This document shows positions 62,184 to 64,000 of a stretch of 64,000 nucleotides of DNA, piece after piece. The translations under genes were made by a program, and so were the position numbers. The notes beneath the pieces are model-generated. The model ran no database searches and was not told the DNA's origin. It saw only the letters and a list, made by a program, of their open reading frames with translations. Positions within the stretch are counted from its first letter, which is position 1. Each line of letters begins with the position of its first letter. The stretch covers positions 150,199 to 214,198 of IMG/VR virus record IMGVR_UViG_3300048924_000100; one strand, 5' to 3'.

Positions 62184-62534
62184 ATGAACGAATCGTTATT
62201 AGATCGACTGGCTGTAGATGTTTCCCTCACGCTGAACTCGGGCAAAGAGTTTATTATCAAGCCCGTACCAATTGTGTCGGCTGAGGGATTTGCTACAGTG
62301 GGTATTATTGACCCCGCTGATCCTAAACACGGTGTACTGGCGTTGATCGAAGTTAATCTCCTCACGCCTACCATCGAAATGATCATGACCAACTTCGAAC
62401 CGTCTGACGTGCAATATCAGATCCAGCGTAACCGGTTCGTTCATTGGAAAAACCCATTAGCTGACCGTCCATTGCGTGAAGAACTCTGGGGCAAGTTGGC
62501 GGACTACCTTGATAAGGGAATGAAAGATGTCTGA
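62184..62534 (+). CDS. Hypothetical protein
   Basis: 116 aa from ATG 62184 (GAGGTG RBS). Confidence 0.6.
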   Translation: MNESLLDRLAVDVSLTLNSGKEFIIKPVPIVSAEGFATVGIIDPADPKHGVLALIEVNLLTPTIEMIMTNFEPSDVQYQIQRNRFVHWKNPLADRPLREELWGKLADYLDKGMKDV

Positions 62535-63285
62535 AGCAATCGAGTACTACATTCCGGCTGAAGATGAACCAAGTGTCTTCTGCTCTGCTGTCAACGTTAA
62601 TGAGTACGGTAGTGCACGCTATGATACCAGTTATTGGAGCTGGGCTAACTGGTTTAATGCGAAACAAAAAGCCGAGTACTTCGCAAGCTGGAAAGAGAAA
62701 AACCCTGGGCAGCCGGTTTTTCTCTGTCCGCCTTCGTGGTTTGCTACTCACGATCCGATAGCAATGGGTCTCGGGCTGATTGTGCGGTTACGGGAAGAAC
62801 TGAAGGCTAACCGGATGCCAGGTCCTCCTGTCTTCGACCCAGCACCCACCATGTTTATCGGGGATACCCGCCAGATCAGTTTGCGTTGGGTCTTGCAGCA
62901 TGCCCGGGACAACAACGTAACTCCGGAGGAGGCTGCATTGGTTGCTGAGCAGGAACGCGACATGGGCGGCTTAACGCTAGATAACCAGGAATACTGGCGA
63001 GACCGCTGGTGGAAGGATATTCTGACATTGCCTGGCTACGGTTACCCTATCTGGCGTTACACGTCGGACAAGGATGTGGTCGCTGTTCCTTACCTGTTAA
63101 TGCCCGGTCCGCGCAGTGAATCGATTGTCATTGTCCAGGTACACGAGAAGAACCCAAACATCTCCTACAAACTGGTTACTATCAGGGAAAAGGGTGGTGA
63201 AGTGGTTGGTGAGTTTACCGGCTACGAAGGGTTTGGTCAGCAGCAACTGACCGCGCTTCTCAATACGTTCTGGGCTGGTTTCTAA
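62527..63285 (+). CDS. Hypothetical Trp-rich protein
   Basis: 252 aa; overlaps the upstream stop. Confidence 0.65.
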   Translation: MSEAIEYYIPAEDEPSVFCSAVNVNEYGSARYDTSYWSWANWFNAKQKAEYFASWKEKNPGQPVFLCPPSWFATHDPIAMGLGLIVRLREELKANRMPGPPVFDPAPTMFIGDTRQISLRWVLQHARDNNVTPEEAALVAEQERDMGGLTLDNQEYWRDRWWKDILTLPGYGYPIWRYTSDKDVVAVPYLLMPGPRSESIVIVQVHEKNPNISYKLVTIREKGGEVVGEFTGYEGFGQQQLTALLNTFWAGF

Positions 63286-63298
63286 TTAGGAGGCTATC

Positions 63299-64000
63299 AT
63301 GTCTAAAAAGAAAAGAACGTTCGGGGTAAGTCCTAAGGGCGCACTCATTCTGCGGGAACGGGAAGAGCAACGTCGTCGCAATCTCCCACGGGTTGAAGTA
63401 ATCCGTGATGGTGCGGTGAAGCGGGTTGAAGAGAACCCAATGCTCAAGTTGATGGCAGAGTTTCCGATGTTGCCGCCGATTGATATTGATGTCGTGATCA
63501 ACCCAGACTTGCAGGGCGCGCTTGATCTGGCTTTGTTGACGGTACGTGGTGGCGCGGTTGCTCGTAATAAGCTGCCGTGGAACCAGCCTTTCACCGGTAG
63601 GCACTACATCACCCATCCCGAAAACACAGACCTCCTGAAGCAAGTGACCGATCATCTGATCAAACCTTTAAGGGTCTTCGATCCTACCTGGGAAGGTAAG
63701 GTGATCAATATGCCAGGTGATCAGCCAGATGAGAAGTTTCTTCTCGAGCCAGGTATTACGCTTAACAACAAGTTCAGCTGTGAGCTTATTGAAAGCGATA
63801 ACCAGCCGATCAGTAACTGGTTGAAGACCTGGTACCCTGATGGCGGCGGGATGCCGTTTGTGATCAAGCCCGAGGATGATGCACCTGATCGTCTTCGTTA
63901 CAAAATGCGCAGAGCCAATGCGAGTGCCGAGGTAGGCTTTGCTGATAACAACTACCGGGATTTCGTTGACGTAATCCATTCGTGGTATACCAGGGATGGA
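63299..64000 (+). CDS. Hypothetical protein, truncated by window end (absent from ORF track)
   Basis: AGGAGG RBS, ATG 63299; hand-translated open frame of 234 codons (MSKKKRTFGVSPKG...) with no stop. Confidence 0.7.
   Translation, partial: MSKKKRTFGVSPKGALILREREEQRRRNLPRVEVIRDGAVKRVEENPMLKLMAEFPMLPPIDIDVVINPDLQGALDLALLTVRGGAVARNKLPWNQPFTGRHYITHPENTDLLKQVTDHLIKPLRVFDPTWEGKVINMPGDQPDEKFLLEPGITLNNKFSCELIESDNQPISNWLKTWYPDGGGMPFVIKPEDDAPDRLRYKMRRANASAEVGFADNNYRDFVDVIHSWYTRDG

Noticed and set aside
1-64000. CRISPR array, tRNA or rRNA genes
   Set aside because: No regularly spaced repeats and no cloverleaf with T-loop/CCA were seen in the intergenic gaps. tRNAscan-SE was not run, so a divergent tRNA cannot be fully excluded.

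Overview
This window is a 64-kb segment of a phiKZ-like, nucleus-forming jumbo phage genome (Chimalliviridae type). GC is moderate and the codon style looks Pseudomonas-like, but the host cannot be determined from sequence alone. Bases ~1-48,200 hold core genes: internal head proteins, baseplate/hub genes, DnaB helicase, major capsid protein, a non-virion RNA polymerase beta-type subunit, portal, RuvC-like resolvase, a candidate holin with an overlapping spanin pair, three large paralogous tail fibres, a central spike and an SbcC/Rad50-like ATPase. Bases ~48,200-64,000 are an accessory region driven by TATATTAC-type early promoters. It encodes a tandem nucleotidyltransferase pair (one apparently intact, one degenerate), NAD+-dependent DNA ligase, RNase HI, a DHH/DHHA1 phosphoesterase, an Acb1-like 2H phosphodiesterase, glycine-zipper membrane proteins and many unknown ORFs. 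The strongest leads are: (i) a predicted cyclic-nucleotide-destroying operon (RNase H - DHH - Acb1-like); (ii) two homologous glycine-zipper genes 36 kb apart behind a near-identical 45-bp promoter; (iii) the active/degenerate NTase pair; (iv) structured RNA elements in 3' UTRs of structural genes. No tRNA, rRNA, CRISPR array, intron or intein was recognised. phiKZ gene numbers are recalled from family knowledge and synteny, not from a database search. Many starts are refined from the ORF track using ribosome-binding sites.
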